In this document: in pieces, positions 18,275 through 28,396 of the stretch | Position numbering within the stretch: the stretch's first letter is position 1 | Layout: every line of letters starts with the position of its first letter | From: an uncultured Candidatus Binatia bacterium | Lineage (GTDB): Bacteria; Desulfobacterota; Binatia; Bin18 | Direction: 5' to 3' | DNA: 64,000 nt | Assembly: GCA_965200965.1 (NCBI GenBank) | Contig: OZ241744.1 | Span: forward strand, 576,001-640,000 | Translations under genes and position numbers: made by a program | The notes under the pieces: model-generated | Database searches by the model: none | What the model saw: the letters and a program-made list of their open reading frames with translations, nothing else | Told to the model about the DNA's origin: nothing

Positions 18275-19411
18275 ATGCAGGGCAAAGTGATTGATGCTGA
18301 CGGACACATTCTGGAGCCGCCCGAGCTGTGGCAGACTCATCTGGAAGCCAAATATAAGGGCCAAGCCATCCGTATGGAAAAAGACGCGGCCGGCGTGGAG
18401 TTCCTTGTGGTTGAGGACAAGCCGCTGTTCATTACGCGTGGCATTGGACCCACCGCGGCGGGGATAGGCCAGTCCTTTGAAGATATTTTTGTCCCGGGAC
18501 AGTTTGGCTACCGGGACGGCCCCCGGGGGGCGTATGAAGCCGGGGCCCGGCTGCGGGCGATGGACGACGAGGGCATTGACGTGTCAGTGCTGTTTCCGAC
18601 TCTGGGCCTGATCTGGGAGCCTGGGGTCAAAGACGCCGGCTTGGCCGCGGCCTACTGCCGGGCGTACAACAACTGGATTGTGGACTTCTGCGCGGCCGAC
18701 CCAAAGCGCCTCATCCCGATCTCCCATATTGTCCTGCTGGACATTGACGAAGCGGTCGCAGAGGTTGAGCGGGTGGCCGGCTTAGGGGCCAAGGGGGTAT
18801 TTGTGTGTGCCGCCCCGGCCAATAAGCTGGCCTTCTGGAACCGGGCCTATGACCCATTCTGGGCGGCTTTGCAGGACCATGAGCTGCCGGTCGGGTTTCA
18901 TGTTGCCGTCCATGAAGACTTCCTCGGCCACCAGTGGATCCCGGCCCAGCATACCGACTTTATGGACGAGTCGTTTCTGTACTATCAGTGCGTGCCGTTG
19001 GTGGCAGACGTACAGGCCGCCTTTGCCGCCCTGTTTCAGGGAGCGGTGTTTGACCGCTTTCCGCGGCTCAGGGTCAATCTGCTGGAATGTGGGGCCGGCT
19101 GGCTGCCGCACATGCTTGACCGTTGGGACTCCAAGTTCAAAAAGATCGGCTACAAGACCGGCCTCAAACATCTGCCCAGCGACTACTTTGCCCGGCAGTG
19201 CTGGATATCGTTTGACCCGGATGAGAGCACAATTTCCTATATCGTGGGGCGGTATGGGGCGGAGAAGTTCATGTGGGCCTCAGATTTCCCCCACTGGGAC
19301 GGCAGTCTTGAGGCTCTGGCCGAGACCAGACAGGCGGTTGCGGCCCTCTCACCCCAGGACCAGCGTCTCGTGCTGGGCGAGGCGGTGGCCCAGCTCTATC
19401 GCTTGTCTTGA
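18275..19411 (+). CDS. Amidohydrolase_2 family protein
   Basis: IDADGHILEP, MDDEGIDVSVLFPT, RAYNNWIVDFC, YDPFWAA, LECGAGW, MWASDFPHWD. Confidence 0.9.
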   Translation: MQGKVIDADGHILEPPELWQTHLEAKYKGQAIRMEKDAAGVEFLVVEDKPLFITRGIGPTAAGIGQSFEDIFVPGQFGYRDGPRGAYEAGARLRAMDDEGIDVSVLFPTLGLIWEPGVKDAGLAAAYCRAYNNWIVDFCAADPKRLIPISHIVLLDIDEAVAEVERVAGLGAKGVFVCAAPANKLAFWNRAYDPFWAALQDHELPVGFHVAVHEDFLGHQWIPAQHTDFMDESFLYYQCVPLVADVQAAFAALFQGAVFDRFPRLRVNLLECGAGWLPHMLDRWDSKFKKIGYKTGLKHLPSDYFARQCWISFDPDESTISYIVGRYGAEKFMWASDFPHWDGSLEALAETRQAVAALSPQDQRLVLGEAVAQLYRLS

Positions 19412-19422
19412 GAGGAGCGGTG

Positions 19423-19495
<73 letters not shown>

Positions 19496-19565
19496 ATTTC
19501 CAGGGTGGCCGGACCGCCTGCGTTCCGGTTTTGTACTGAATGCGGCCGACCGAGTCAAGGCCGTC

Positions 19566-20534
19566 TCAGGCCCGCTGTTGACGCTCGGCAACTTTCTGCT
19601 CGGCAAAGTCCATGACCTTGGCTTCAAGAGAGACTTGGTCAAGCCGGTTGATCTCTTGTACGCCGGTCGGACTCGTCACATTGACCTCGGTCAGATACTC
19701 GCCAATGACGTCGAGGCCGACAAAATACAGACCTTCCCGGCGTAAGCGCGGCCCGACCAAGGCGCAAATCTCGAGATCGCGCGGGGTGATATCGGCCTTG
19801 ATGCAGGTCCCGCCGACATGGATATTGCCCCGGTGTTCGTCGCTGCGGGGCACCCGCAGCGTGCCGCCGAGCGGCTTGCCATTGAGCACAATCAGCCGTT
19901 TATCGCCCTGCCGCACAGCCGGCAGATACCGCTGGGCGATAATCGGCTCACGTCCCTCTCTGGTCGCGGTTTCCAGGATGGAGTTCAGGTTCCGGTCCTC
20001 CCGCTGCACATAGAAGATGCCCGCGCCGCCGTGTCCATCAACCGGCTTAATGATCATCTCTCCGCCGAGTTCTTCAAGAAAGGCTTTGAGGCGTCCGGCG
20101 TCCTGAGACACCAGAGTGGCGGGAATGACGGAGGAGAAGTTAAGGGCAAAGAGTTTTTCGTTGGCAGCGCGCAAACCGCCGGGCTTGTTGAGCACGACCG
20201 CGCCGGCGGCCTCGGCCAAGTCAAGCAGTTGGGTGGCGTGCAGATAGGCAATATCGAAGGGCGGGTCTTTGCGCATAAAGATCGCGTCAAAACCGCCCAA
20301 GGCTTCGACCGTCTGGCCGAGAAAAGTGAAGTGCTTGCCCTCTTCCCGTCGCAGCTCGAGCCGCCGGGTGCGGGCCATTGGCGCGGTCTGCTCAATGAAA
20401 AGGTCGCCCATTTCGATATAGGACAGTTCGTGACCTCGCCGCTGGGCTTCGAGCATAAAGACAAAAGTTGTGTCTTTGTCAATCAGCACATCCTGGATGG
20501 GGTCCATAATGAAGGCAAAGCGCAGGCGTCCCAT
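19566..20534 (-). CDS. gshB: Glutathione synthase
   Basis: FIMDPI, KDTTF, MRKDPPFD, NEKL, KPVDGHGG, GDKRLI, RGNIHVGG, GLDVIG, TEVNVTSPTG. Confidence 0.95.
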   Translation of the reverse strand: MGRLRFAFIMDPIQDVLIDKDTTFVFMLEAQRRGHELSYIEMGDLFIEQTAPMARTRRLELRREEGKHFTFLGQTVEALGGFDAIFMRKDPPFDIAYLHATQLLDLAEAAGAVVLNKPGGLRAANEKLFALNFSSVIPATLVSQDAGRLKAFLEELGGEMIIKPVDGHGGAGIFYVQREDRNLNSILETATREGREPIIAQRYLPAVRQGDKRLIVLNGKPLGGTLRVPRSDEHRGNIHVGGTCIKADITPRDLEICALVGPRLRREGLYFVGLDVIGEYLTEVNVTSPTGVQEINRLDQVSLEAKVMDFAEQKVAERQQRA

Positions 20535-20619
20535 AGATCGATACTCCACTGCTGTTGTCCGCTGGCAGTGGTATGCTAGGCAGCCGGCCGGCGAAAGGCA
20601 AGAGGCCGGGGAGGGCAGC

Positions 20620-21345
20620 TTATCGCCACAGATATTGACACAGGCTGACGGCCGCAATGCTGGCCGTCTCGGCGCGCAGAATCGACGGCCCGAGGCTGGC
20701 GACGGTGAAGCCGGCGGCCCGGGCCTGCTTGACCTCCTGGGGGGTGAAACCGCCCTCAGACCCGACCACAATCCGCAGGCCGGACAGCGTCCGGTGGCTG
20801 GCGGCAAACGCGCTGAGGCTGTGGGCCGGCCCGTATTCGTAGAACAGGAGCGTCGGCTCTCGGTCGGCAAGCGTACCGAGGAGTTGGGCAAAAGAGTGGG
20901 GGGCGGTGATATGGGGCAGGCGGCTGCCGGACTGCTTGGCCGCGTTTTGGGCAATACGCCGCCAACGGGCCAGACGCTCAGCCTGTCGGTCCTGAGGCAG
21001 GCTGACGACCGTCGTGCTGGAACAAAAGGGCACGATGGTTTGCACACCGAGTTCGGTGACTTTTTCAATCACCAAGTCTATTCTGGGGTTTTTGAGTAAT
21101 CCCACCGCCAGGGTGAGGGCGAAAGAGACAGGCGGCCCACCAGCCACCACCCTCAGCGTAAGAGTGGCCGTATGCGCAGAGAAGTCGGCGAGTGTTCCCC
21201 GGTATTCGTTGCCCCGTTCATCACACAGGGCGAGCTGGTCGCCGATCTTGAGTCGCAGAACGTGGCGGAGGTGGTGGTATTCCTGGCCGCTCAGAACGGC
21301 CCGGCAGGCGTGTATGGTGGACGAGTGTATGAAAAACCGTCTCAT
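20620..21345 (-). CDS. rsmE: 16S rRNA m3U1498 methyltransferase
   Basis: HHLRHVLRL, EKVTELGV, AAKQS, GSEGGF, LGPSILRAETA; ATGA overlap with prmA. Confidence 0.95.
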   Translation of the reverse strand: MRRFFIHSSTIHACRAVLSGQEYHHLRHVLRLKIGDQLALCDERGNEYRGTLADFSAHTATLTLRVVAGGPPVSFALTLAVGLLKNPRIDLVIEKVTELGVQTIVPFCSSTTVVSLPQDRQAERLARWRRIAQNAAKQSGSRLPHITAPHSFAQLLGTLADREPTLLFYEYGPAHSLSAFAASHRTLSGLRIVVGSEGGFTPQEVKQARAAGFTVASLGPSILRAETASIAAVSLCQYLWR

Positions 21346-22247
21346 CGCCCCGACACCCGCTGGCGGACCAGGGTGACCCATTCGTTGGCCACCACACGGG
21401 TCTGCCCACGCCAAGCCGGAGCCGAGAAGGCCGCCTCCACGGCCGCGGCTTGCTCAGACTGGATACCCGACAGGATGAGGTGTCCACCACGGGCGGTGGC
21501 CAGAGTCAGCGGGGCGGCTAGTTTGATAAGCGTATGGGCAAACAGGTTGGCGACAATGAGCGGAAACGGTGCTGGCAGCGACTCAAGCGGCTGTCCGCTC
21601 AGCCGAACAGCCGCGGTGACACGGTTGGCGGCAAGATTGTTGCGCGCCTCGGCCAGGGCAAGCGGGTTGGTATCTATGGCCCATACCTCACGGCAGTTGA
21701 GTTGGGCCAAGGCAATGCTGAGAATGCCCGAGCCAGTCCCGACATCAAGCGCCCGACTTGGCGCACCGTGGGCTAGGCACAGCGCTTCAATCGCCTCCAA
21801 ACAGCCCCGCGTTGTGGCGTGGTGGCCAGTGCCAAAAGCCATGCTCGGATTGATGACGAGACAATGGCGCCGGGTCTGAGCCGGAGCCAACTCCCAGGGC
21901 GGCAGGACCAGAAAGTGCGAGCCGACTGCAAGCGGCCGAAAGTGCTCGCGCCACCGCTCCTGCCAAGTCTGATTGCCGAGTTCGCTCAACCGCACTTGGT
22001 GGGAGAGGTCGAGCCGGGGGAAGAGTGTCGAGAGTTGGTTCAGATAGCGGCTCAGCGCTGAGCGCAGCGCAGTGCCCGGGCGGTCAGCCGCAAAGAAGGC
22101 TTGGACGGTTGTTGTCGGAGCCCGGGGAGTGGCCGGGTCGCGATCGTCCTCTATCACACCGACCGCGCCCTGTTCCAGCAGAAAATTTGACACCGCCTCG
22201 ACCGCTTGGTGCGGAACGGTGACAGACAGGCACAGCCAGCGCTCCAC
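21342..22247 (-). CDS. prmA: Ribosomal protein L11 methyltransferase
   Basis: WREHFRP, INPSMAFGTGHHATT, LDVGTGSGIL, IVANL, LILSGI. Confidence 0.93.
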   Translation of the reverse strand: MERWLCLSVTVPHQAVEAVSNFLLEQGAVGVIEDDRDPATPRAPTTTVQAFFAADRPGTALRSALSRYLNQLSTLFPRLDLSHQVRLSELGNQTWQERWREHFRPLAVGSHFLVLPPWELAPAQTRRHCLVINPSMAFGTGHHATTRGCLEAIEALCLAHGAPSRALDVGTGSGILSIALAQLNCREVWAIDTNPLALAEARNNLAANRVTAAVRLSGQPLESLPAPFPLIVANLFAHTLIKLAAPLTLATARGGHLILSGIQSEQAAAVEAAFSAPAWRGQTRVVANEWVTLVRQRVSGR

Positions 22248-22277
22248 GCCACCTCTCCGGCCTGGGCTTCCCCGGGC

Positions 22278-24878
22278 TTATTTGCCCACTACGACCAGGG
22301 TCTCCGCGTGCTCGGCAAAATAGGTCTGGGCTACCCGCTGCACATCTTCCCCGCTTACCGCGCCCAGCGCCGTGAGATAACGTTGCCCGTTGTCATAGCC
22401 CAAGCCGTAGAGTTCGTTGAAGACCATTTCTTCGGCCTGGGACCCGTTGGATTGGAGGGAGATTTCATAGCTGCCGGTCAGGTACTTCTTGGCCTGTTCA
22501 AGTTCGGCGGTGGCAACCGGCTGCTGGCACAGCCGCCTCAGTTCGTATCGTGCCGCCTCAACGGTTTCGTCAACCGTATTGGGGTCGGTGCCGACATAGA
22601 TACCAAACGTGCCCGGGGCCAGACCCTCGACACTGAACGCGGTAACGGAGTAGGCGAGGGCGTGTTTTTCACGCAGCTCGTAGAACAGGCGGCCGCCCTG
22701 TCTGGACAGGAGCGCGTCGATGATTTTGAAGACATGGCGGTCCGGGTTGTCCAGAGACACGCCCTGATAGCCAAGGACGATGTGCGCCTGCTGCTTGTCA
22801 ATGGTCTTTGTGTGGCGGCGCGGACATGTTGGGTGTGGTTCAAGGGGGGGCAGGGGCAGATGGCTTGAAACGGCCGGCACGGCTTCAAGGCTGGCCCGCA
22901 GGGAGGCGAGCAATTCGTTGGCATCCACATCGCCGACAGCGCTGACAACAAGTTGACGGGGATTGAGCGCGCTGCGGTAATAGTCGGCTAGGTGCTCTTG
23001 CTGTAAGGATTGCACGCTCTCGACCCGACCGAGCGGCAGCAAGCGGTATGGGTGGGCGGTAAAGAGGGTGGCGTAGAACAGGTCAAAGGCGACCTGGGCC
23101 AGCTCGTCTTCGCGGTTCTTGAGGGCTAGCAGGGTTTCGCGGCGTCGCTTTTCGACCTCGTCAACCGGGAAGATGGGGTGGAGTAAGGTGTCGAGAAAAA
23201 GCTCTAGGCCGGCCGTTGCCTGGCTCGACAGAAACGAGGCGCTCAGGCCCAGGCTGTTGCGGCCCGAAAACCCGTTGAGACTCCCGGCCAGCGATTCGAC
23301 CGCTTCGGTCAACTCAAGCCGTGAGAAACGTTCGCTGCCACGGGTCAGCAGCCCGGCGATGAGGTTATTCACCCCGGCGTTGCGCTCATTTTCGAACAGC
23401 ACGCCGCCCAGCATACACGCCTGGAGCGACACGACGGGGACATTGTGATGTTCTTTGATCAGCAGGCGAATGCCGTTGTCCAACTCGGTATACGAGACTT
23501 GGCCGTTCTTGGCGGCCAAAACCGTCGGGGTGTGGACCGGCACCGACCGTCCTGTTTCCCCCCATGCGTGGATGTCCGCCGCGGTTGGCAAACCGGCCTG
23601 GGCCTCTGCTCCAAGCAGCACGAGGGACAGGCTATCGGGCGTGAGATAGCGCTGGGCCACGCGCAGGATATCTTGGCGGGTAACCGCGGCCAGACCTGCC
23701 AGATAGCGGTCTTCGTAGTCTGGATCGTCGAACACACTCAGAAAGTAGCCCAGCTGGCGAGCTTGGCCCTGGACGGTTTCACGCCGATAGGTAAAGTCGC
23801 TGGCCAAATTTGTGCGGGCCCGGGCGAGTTCAGCTGCACAGACCAGCCGTTGTTGACAGTCGGTCAGCGCTCGCAGCGTGTCTTGCAGCGCGGGCTGGAC
23901 TTTGTCTTGCTCCAGGCCGGCGGCGATGAGAAACAGGCCCGGATCGGCCGGGCTGTAGGCGCTGGCCGAGATCCAGTTGGCCAGCTCTTTTTCGACCTGA
24001 AGGCTTTGGACCAGCCGTGAACTCTCACCACCGCCCAGGATAAAGCCCAACAGGTCCAGGGCAAAAAGATCGGTGTGGACGGCCTCGGGAATGGGGAAGC
24101 CCAAATAGAAGCAGGATTCCTCGACGTTCATGTCGAGGCCGGACAGGCGCATCTGGCGCTGGGGCGGTTCGGCCACGCGCGGCCGCGGTGGAAGAGGGGT
24201 AAGCGGGTAATGGGCAAACAGCTCATGTACGTCACGTTCAACTGCCAGACGGTCAAGGTCTCCGACAACGACCAGGGTCATATTATTGGGGTGGTACCAG
24301 CGATGATAGAAGTTGACGATGCGCTCGCGGTTGAGCGATTCAACCGTTTCCCGAAAGCCGATCACCGGGCGACCGTAGGGGTGGCAGGTATAGGCCAGAC
24401 GAAACAGCTCTGTTGCCGCGCGCGAGCTTGGGGAATCTTCGCCGCGTTTCCACTCTTCCATCACAACCTGGAGTTCTTTTTCCAGCTCACCCGGGTCAAA
24501 GATCGCGTTGTGCAGGGCGTCGGCCAGGATATCGAGGCCGGTGCGACAGTGGCGCGAGGCCAGGACAAGGTGGTAGACGGTGTGGTCGGCAGAGGTAAAG
24601 GCGTTGATCGTGCCGCCGGAGGATTCAACCTCGGCCGCAATCGCACCGACCGGCCGCCGCTCGGTGCCCTTGAAGATCATGTGTTCATGCACATGGGCAG
24701 CCCCGGCAAGGTCTGGTGTCTCGTCTGCGCTGCCGGCCCTGACCCAGACTTGAATGGCCACGACCGGCGCAAAACGATCTTCCTGAATGACGACCCGCAG
24801 GCCGTTAGCGAGGCGAAACAGGGAGCGGCGGTCGGTGGAGTCGGACGGGGAGGAAGCCGTGGTCGGATTGTGTGCCAT
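22278..24878 (-). CDS. M16 family zinc metallopeptidase (double-length, PqqL-like)
   Basis: LANGLRV, GSADE, AHVHEHMIFKGT (HxxEH), NAFTS, WYHPNNM, plus a second inactive repeat. Confidence 0.92.
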   Translation of the reverse strand: MAHNPTTASSPSDSTDRRSLFRLANGLRVVIQEDRFAPVVAIQVWVRAGSADETPDLAGAAHVHEHMIFKGTERRPVGAIAAEVESSGGTINAFTSADHTVYHLVLASRHCRTGLDILADALHNAIFDPGELEKELQVVMEEWKRGEDSPSSRAATELFRLAYTCHPYGRPVIGFRETVESLNRERIVNFYHRWYHPNNMTLVVVGDLDRLAVERDVHELFAHYPLTPLPPRPRVAEPPQRQMRLSGLDMNVEESCFYLGFPIPEAVHTDLFALDLLGFILGGGESSRLVQSLQVEKELANWISASAYSPADPGLFLIAAGLEQDKVQPALQDTLRALTDCQQRLVCAAELARARTNLASDFTYRRETVQGQARQLGYFLSVFDDPDYEDRYLAGLAAVTRQDILRVAQRYLTPDSLSLVLLGAEAQAGLPTAADIHAWGETGRSVPVHTPTVLAAKNGQVSYTELDNGIRLLIKEHHNVPVVSLQACMLGGVLFENERNAGVNNLIAGLLTRGSERFSRLELTEAVESLAGSLNGFSGRNSLGLSASFLSSQATAGLELFLDTLLHPIFPVDEVEKRRRETLLALKNREDELAQVAFDLFYATLFTAHPYRLLPLGRVESVQSLQQEHLADYYRSALNPRQLVVSAVGDVDANELLASLRASLEAVPAVSSHLPLPPLEPHPTCPRRHTKTIDKQQAHIVLGYQGVSLDNPDRHVFKIIDALLSRQGGRLFYELREKHALAYSVTAFSVEGLAPGTFGIYVGTDPNTVDETVEAARYELRRLCQQPVATAELEQAKKYLTGSYEISLQSNGSQAEEMVFNELYGLGYDNGQRYLTALGAVSGEDVQRVAQTYFAEHAETLVVVGK

Positions 24879-24955
24879 AGGGTCCTGTGTGGCACAAGCT
24901 CGGAGGGGAGTCAATCAAGACTAGGCAGGGGAGAGAGAAGTGCGTTGGACAGGAG

Positions 24956-25039
24956 TGCGAGGAGGGGGACTTGAACCCCCATGGGTGTTACCCCACTAGG
25001 CCCTCAACCTAGCGCGTCTACCAGTTCCGCCATCCTCGC
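24956..25039 (-). tRNA. tRNA-Leu (GAG), CCA not encoded
   Basis: GCGAGGATGGCGGAACTGGTAGACGCGCTAGGTTGAGGGCCTAGTGGGGTAACACCCATGGGGGTTCAAGTCCCCCTCCTCGCA with long variable arm. Confidence 0.96.
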
Positions 25040-25217
25040 ACAGCAACACGGACGCCGGCAGCATCCGTTCACCCGCAGACCATAGCCGGACGAGCGGACC
25101 GCCGAACTAGCGACAGGTAAGAGAACCGGCTTGGAATATGCCGGTGCCTTGGCAAGCAGCACAACAGTTGTTACACCTTTCTTGGCCGTCTAACCCAACG
25201 CCCCAGGGTCTTCCGGG

Positions 25218-25520
25218 TCAATTAGCTGCGCCATAACAAATCCAATGTCCCGGACTCTCACAGGCAAGATTGAATGAACTGGTGCCATTTGCTCTTATTG
25301 AGCGCTCGTCCCAACTCGCCACTTGCTTATTCGTCTCATCATACTCAAAGAATCTGACCTTAATTATAGGGCCTTCGGGATAACCGTCAGTCAGCTTCCA
25401 GGTAACGTTGCACGACACGCCGGGTACGTCACAGAGCTTCTTTTCCTGAACTCTAGCAGGAGCGCCCCGGGGACATGACCTCAGGGTCCGCTCTCCCTCG
25501 CTTTTGGCGAAGTTAAACAT
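25218..25520 (-). CDS. Small Cys-containing hypothetical protein, possibly a fragment
   Basis: AAGGAGG RBS and ATG; AT-richer; ends FNLACESPGHWICYGAAN. Confidence 0.45.
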   Translation of the reverse strand: MFNFAKSEGERTLRSCPRGAPARVQEKKLCDVPGVSCNVTWKLTDGYPEGPIIKVRFFEYDETNKQVASWDERSIRANGTSSFNLACESPGHWICYGAAN

Positions 25521-25530
25521 TAAACCCTCC

Positions 25531-25759
25531 TTAGAGTGGTTTGGGCGAGGCTGTGACCAACGTCACAACAGCCGCTCCTTGCAGCCATAGCCGTATGTAT
25601 CAGATCAGCCCGAAGCACATCAAGATCAGCCTTGGTAGCCAGTTGTTCCATGCTTACTTGAGGTACCTTCCCGAGGGCCTTGGCTATGCTTTCTGCTTAC
25701 TTCTGCTCTATCCCGGTTTCCTGAAGATCTTGGGCTATGCTGAGCGTATCAAAGGTCAT
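25531..25759 (-). pseudogene. DUF1640/CCDC90-like pseudogene (nonsense codon plus frameshift)
   Basis: Manual translation: MTFDTLSIAQDLQETGIEQK*AESIAKALG...EQLATKADLDVLRADL, then a shifted frame RLWLQGAAVVTLVTA...*. TAA at 25697-25699. Confidence 0.72.
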
Positions 25760-25883
25760 GGGTCTGCTTCCTTTCCGCTCTTCATGGCTCGGCCGCTCCT
25801 CCGAAACCCGGCAAGAGCCTGTTCCGTGGCTCTCCCAACCGGGGATTCTTCCCCTCTGGCCTTCGCTTCCGCCTTCGCAGTCG

Positions 25884-26378
25884 CTAGGGCATGGCCGGCG
25901 GTGTGTCGGCTGCTGCCTCTGAGGAAGCCGAGGGCGGGGCAGCAGGGCTTATGTCCGCTACGCTGGATTCGGCGCTCGGGGCGGTAGAGGCCGGTGCTTC
26001 AGGTCCGGCGGTGGCTGTTTCAGACCGGTCTGTTGGGCTGTGAGCGCTGAGGTCTGGAGCGGCTTCTGCGTCCGGGGTGGCGGCTGGCAGTTCTTCCTGA
26101 ACGGCCGGACTCTCGGTCGAAACGGCGTCAAACAGGCTTTCGGTTGTCCGGCGGGTCGCTCCGTAGGACAGGAAGAGGGAGGTGAGCATGAACAGGACGG
26201 CGATGCCGGTGGTGGTTTTGGTCAGAAAATTGCCGGCCCCCGAGCTGCCAAAGATCGTTTGGCTGGAGCCGCCAAAGACAGCCCCCACATCAGAGCCTTT
26301 GCCGGTCTGGAGCAGGACGACAAGAACCAGAAAAAAGCAGGCCAGAATATGAATGATACTCACAAACATATAAGACAT
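25884..26378 (-). CDS. secG: Preprotein translocase subunit SecG with long acidic/Ala-Pro tail
   Basis: LVVLLQTGKGSDVGAVFGGSSQTIFGSSGAGNFLTKTT; downstream of tpiA. Confidence 0.95.
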   Translation of the reverse strand: MSYMFVSIIHILACFFLVLVVLLQTGKGSDVGAVFGGSSQTIFGSSGAGNFLTKTTTGIAVLFMLTSLFLSYGATRRTTESLFDAVSTESPAVQEELPAATPDAEAAPDLSAHSPTDRSETATAGPEAPASTAPSAESSVADISPAAPPSASSEAAADTPPAMP

Positions 26379-26388
26379 GGCGCGGATT

Positions 26389-27153
26389 CTAGCGGAAGTT
26401 GACGATACGGGCAAAGGAGTCGGCCTGGAGACTGGCTCCGCCGACCAAGGCCCCGTCTATATCTGTTTGGGCCATGAGATCGTCTATATTGTCCGGCTTG
26501 ACACTGCCGCCGTATAGCAGGCGGATTGCCTCGGCTGTGGCCCGGTCGGCCAAGCTGCTCAGGGTGGCGCGTATGGAGGCGTGGACTTCCTGGGCTTGGT
26601 CCGGCGTAGCGGTGCGTCCGGTCCCAATCGCCCAGAGCGGTTCGTAGGCAATGACAATGTCGGCCAGGGTCGCGGGGGTCTGGTTGTGGAGGGCCGCCCG
26701 GACTTGGCGGCCGATGACCTCCAAGGTCGCTCCGCTTTCACGTTTTTCGAGGGACTCACCCACACATACGATTGGCACGAGTCCGTCCCGCTGGGCTGCC
26801 CGGACCTTGCGGGCCACGCTCTCGTCGGTCTCGGCGAAGTATTGACGCCGCTCAGAATGTCCAAGAATGACATGGGCACAGCCGGCTTCTCTGAGCATGG
26901 GGCCTGAAACCTCGCCGGTGAACGCCCCGCGCGCCTCCCAGTGGAGATTCTGGGCGGCTAAACGGATGGGCGTGTCGGCCAGCAGGCGGGCTGCGGTCTC
27001 CAGGACGGTAAATGGCGGGGCCACTACAATTTCCCGTTCGGCAGGGTCAATGTCGCCAAGCACGGTGGCGAGGGCTGATAGCAGACGCTCGGTCTCGGCC
27101 CTGGTGCCGTGCATTTTCCAGTTGCCGGCGAGAATTGGACGGCGGCTGGCCAT
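26389..27153 (-). CDS. tpiA: Triosephosphate isomerase
   Basis: AGNWKM, GAFTGEVS, LGHSERR, AYEPLWAIGTG, LYGGSV, GALVGGASL. Confidence 0.98.
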   Translation of the reverse strand: MASRRPILAGNWKMHGTRAETERLLSALATVLGDIDPAEREIVVAPPFTVLETAARLLADTPIRLAAQNLHWEARGAFTGEVSGPMLREAGCAHVILGHSERRQYFAETDESVARKVRAAQRDGLVPIVCVGESLEKRESGATLEVIGRQVRAALHNQTPATLADIVIAYEPLWAIGTGRTATPDQAQEVHASIRATLSSLADRATAEAIRLLYGGSVKPDNIDDLMAQTDIDGALVGGASLQADSFARIVNFR

Positions 27154-27156
27154 AGG

Positions 27157-28164
27157 CTAACTCAGGCTTTCTCCGATGTAGAGTGAGACGTCTCGCATCC
27201 GGTTGGAAAAGCCCCACTCGTTGTCATACCAGGACAGGACTTTGACAAAAGTATCGTCCATCACCTTGGTCAGGGCGGCGTCAAAAATAGAGGAGTGAGG
27301 ATTACCGTTAAAATCAACCGAAACCAGTTCCTCCTGGCAGTACTGGAGGACGCCTTTGAGCGGACCTTCAGCCGCGGCCTGCATGGCCTGATTGACTTCT
27401 TGAGCGGTGGCCGTCCGGTCGAGTTCGGCGACGAGGTCAACAACCGACACATTCGCCGTTGGGACCCGAACGGCCATGCCGTCAAGCCTGCCCTTGAGCT
27501 CGGGCAGGACTTCGCCCACCGCGCGGGCAGCCCCGGTTGAGGTCGGGATCATGGACTGGGCGGCCGCACGCGCACGCCGGATATCGGAGTGGGGCAGGTC
27601 GAGAATGCGCTGGTCGTTGGTGTAGGCGTGGACAGTCGTCATCAGCCCCCGTCTGACGCCAAACGTTTCGTGCAGGACCTTGGCGACCGGTGAGAGACAA
27701 TTGGTGGTACACGACGCGTTGGAAATAATATGGTGCGCGGCCGGGTTGTAGCTGATATGATTCACCCCGTAACACAGGGTTAAATCCGCCCCTTTGGCCG
27801 GGGCCGAAATAATCACTTTTCTTGCCCCGGCGGACAGATGCAAGGCGGCCTTGTCCCGGTCGGTAAACAGGCCGGTGCATTCGAGGGCCACATCAATTCC
27901 GAGCGCCTTCCAGGGCAAGTTGCCCGGATTGCGTTCCTGGATGACCTGAATGCGTTTGCCGTTGACAATCAAGGCGTCTTGTTCGGCCTCAATATCGGCG
28001 TTGAGACGACCGTGGACCGAGTCGTAGCGCAATAAATGGGCGAGTGTCGCGGCGTCGGTAATGTCGTTGATAGCCACAAATTCGAGCTCGGGCTCGTTGA
28101 TGCTGGCCCGAAACAGGTTCCGTCCGATCCGTCCAAAACCGTTCAATCCTATGCGTACAGCCAT
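27157..28164 (-). CDS. gap: Type I glyceraldehyde-3-phosphate dehydrogenase
   Basis: NGFGRIGR, SNASCTTNCL, WYDNEWGF. Confidence 0.98.
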   Translation of the reverse strand: MAVRIGLNGFGRIGRNLFRASINEPELEFVAINDITDAATLAHLLRYDSVHGRLNADIEAEQDALIVNGKRIQVIQERNPGNLPWKALGIDVALECTGLFTDRDKAALHLSAGARKVIISAPAKGADLTLCYGVNHISYNPAAHHIISNASCTTNCLSPVAKVLHETFGVRRGLMTTVHAYTNDQRILDLPHSDIRRARAAAQSMIPTSTGAARAVGEVLPELKGRLDGMAVRVPTANVSVVDLVAELDRTATAQEVNQAMQAAAEGPLKGVLQYCQEELVSVDFNGNPHSSIFDAALTKVMDDTFVKVLSWYDNEWGFSNRMRDVSLYIGESLS

Positions 28165-28396
28165 ATTCTCTCACCTCTGGCAGGATCGCTCCTCCATTTT
28201 CTTGCCATCTCTACCCTAAGCGGGAAAATCAGTCAAGGGAAGGCGCTGCGGTGACGCCCCGCACAAACTGGCGGGAATAGCGTGAGGGTAGTGTCTGGGA
28301 TAAAATAGACCTTCCACTGCGTGAGGGATCGCTCAGAGCCACGGGCATCGGTGGAGCGGGGTCGGGCGGCTCCCTGATGGGGAGGTGGGGAACAGG

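Noticed and set aside
19566-21068. 500-aa extended GshB and similar long N-terminal extensions (degQ 584 aa, metY 465 aa, rpsB 342 aa)
   Set aside because: The extensions overlap neighbouring genes or promoters and are typical GC-rich open-frame artefacts; starts were trimmed.
25541-25987. 148-aa plus-strand ORF
   Set aside because: Antisense to the DUF1640-like pseudogene and the secG tail; no recognisable motifs.
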